Shown here: positions 62,775 through 64,000 of the stretch, piece after piece
Layout of the letters: each line of letters opens with the position of its first letter
Position numbering within the stretch: position 1 is the stretch's first letter
Assembly (NCBI GenBank): GCA_002633005.1
Contig: NMRA01000186.1
Coordinates: forward strand, 475,479 to 539,478
DNA from: Phoronis australis
Taxonomy: Eukaryota > Animalia > Phoronida
Length of the DNA stretch: 64,000 bases
Direction of reading: 5' to 3'
Translations under genes and position numbers: made by a program
The notes under the pieces: generated by a model
The model's database searches: none
What the model was told of the DNA's origin: nothing
What the model saw: the letters and a program-made list of their open reading frames with translations, nothing else

Positions 62775-62959
62775 CTAAAATCTAAATCCAAATTGTTGTC
62801 GACAGAGTTATCAATACTCCACACCGATCTGCTCTTCATCTGTTCCCGAGCTTTCAACTTTTCCTCTCGTTGCCGCTGCCTCTTCTTCCGCTTCTCATTA
62901 AGTATATCCGACTCTAGAGATCTCCTTACTGGTGCAGAGTTGGTTAGCCTGACTGCGTC
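62775..62959 (-). CDS. Internal coding exon of an unidentified gene (basic coiled-coil/NLS-like segment)
   Basis: Acceptor ttttatttcag, donor AG|GTGAGT, and open frame DAVRLTNSAPVRRSLESDILNEKRKKRQRQREEKLKAREQMKSRSVWSIDNSVDNNLDLDF. Confidence 0.75.
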
Positions 62960-63124
62960 CTGAAATAAAATAATATATTGAACTAAACTTGATCTGCTCT
63001 TCTCATTAAGTATATCCGACTCTAGAGATCTCCTTACTGGTGCAGAGCTGGTTAGCCTGACTGCGTCCTGAAATAAAATAATATATTGAACTAAACTTGA
63101 TCTGCTCTTCTCATTAAGTATATC
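62891..63124. repeat. 108-bp tandem repeat spanning the exon/intron junction and running into the assembly gap
   Basis: cttctcattaagtatatc starts at 62891, 62999 and 63107. Confidence 0.93.
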
Positions 63125-63212
63125 NNNNNNNNNNNNNNNNNNNNNNNNNNNNNNNNNNNNNNNNNNNNNNNNNNNNNNNNNNNNNNNNNNNNNNNNNNNN
63201 NNNNNNNNNNNN
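63125..63212. other. Assembly gap (88 N)
   Basis: Run of N characters. Confidence 1.
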
Positions 63213-64000
63213 TTGTTTCATCTTTTCTTGCAATCTATCAAAAATTTACCCGAAACAATGACTCTTTCAGTCAGTATGCATCTTTTTAGTTTGGCTGCAT
63301 CAAATGACACACAATCAAAGCCTTTTGCAAACAGCGAGACCAACCACCGAGTAAAGCTTTCTCACCAATAATGGTACTGCTAGTGCCCGACACCGCCAGG
63401 GGGTCGTACTCCTGAAGCGAGTCCGTGTAGACACTACTTTGACGACTTCCACCTGGTGTCACACGCAGGCAGACTCCGCAGCCTGAACGACATGTCACAC
63501 CATCTAGTGGATTACTCTGACTTGCACATGGACTAGGAATGTACTGTATCTCACAGTGATATGGCCTGTAATGGAAATGATACTGACAGTAATACATTGT
63601 CAAGATTTATCCGGAAATCAGTCACAGTACTTTCACTATACAAGTCATACAACCTTGGTGATCAAACAAATCACATTCCAAAAGGAGGCAGGGCTGATAG
63701 AAGTCCAGTTTTTAATTCAAGGGGCAATTTGACGAGACATAATGCTTAGTCTTACGGCTCACAGGAAGTCACCACGACTGATGCCAAGTGGCGACTATTG
63801 TATTGCCAGTCAATAAATGTTTACCTAGTCAACTATTAAACCAAACTTGTTCTGGCATAATATGAAGATGGCATGTCTTGAGTCAGAACTTCCCTGTGGA
63901 GCTATTATTATCTAGCGGGCCATATTCTCCTACTCAAACCAGGTCAATCCACACCACAAAGATAAGCCTCAGATCTTTCAATGGTGTAATATAAAATTAT

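Noticed and set aside
63286-63603. 105-aa minus-strand ORF as an exon of the right-hand gene
   Set aside because: No recognisable motif or clear splice boundaries; it may be repeat-derived.

Overview
AT-rich, intron-containing animal DNA, most likely from an invertebrate bilaterian; there are no operons, rRNA or CRISPR arrays. Two host genes are well supported. (1) A ZC3H10-like CCCH zinc-finger gene (+, main coding exon 5955-7064) with four fingers and a probable in-frame upstream exon at 687-720. (2) A 9-coding-exon gene (+, 47848-58339) that I spliced by hand into a ~623-aa type I membrane protein: signal peptide, Reeler, Thr-rich mucin stalk, SEA-like, EGF, TM and a short tail ending NxxY...SKL. 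Two partial minus-strand genes sit at the window edges: a candidate first exon of a secreted histidine acid phosphatase-like gene (1018-1125) and the last two coding exons of an unidentified gene (62775-62959, 61056-61149). The ~40 kb between the main genes is mostly decayed mobile DNA: L1/Tx1 and L2/CR1-group LINE fragments, Academ-like and THAP/YqaJ-type DNA transposon remnants, MITEs with 5-bp TSDs, a Helentron-like repeat element, a probable solo LTR, and 53-, 57-, 67- and 82-bp tandem repeats. All family names come from motif recall, not database searches. I see no clearly new multi-gene system. The best leads are the Reeler-mucin-SEA-EGF receptor, the interleaved 5' ends at the left edge, and an 82-bp satellite that appears to have arisen inside a transposase ORF.
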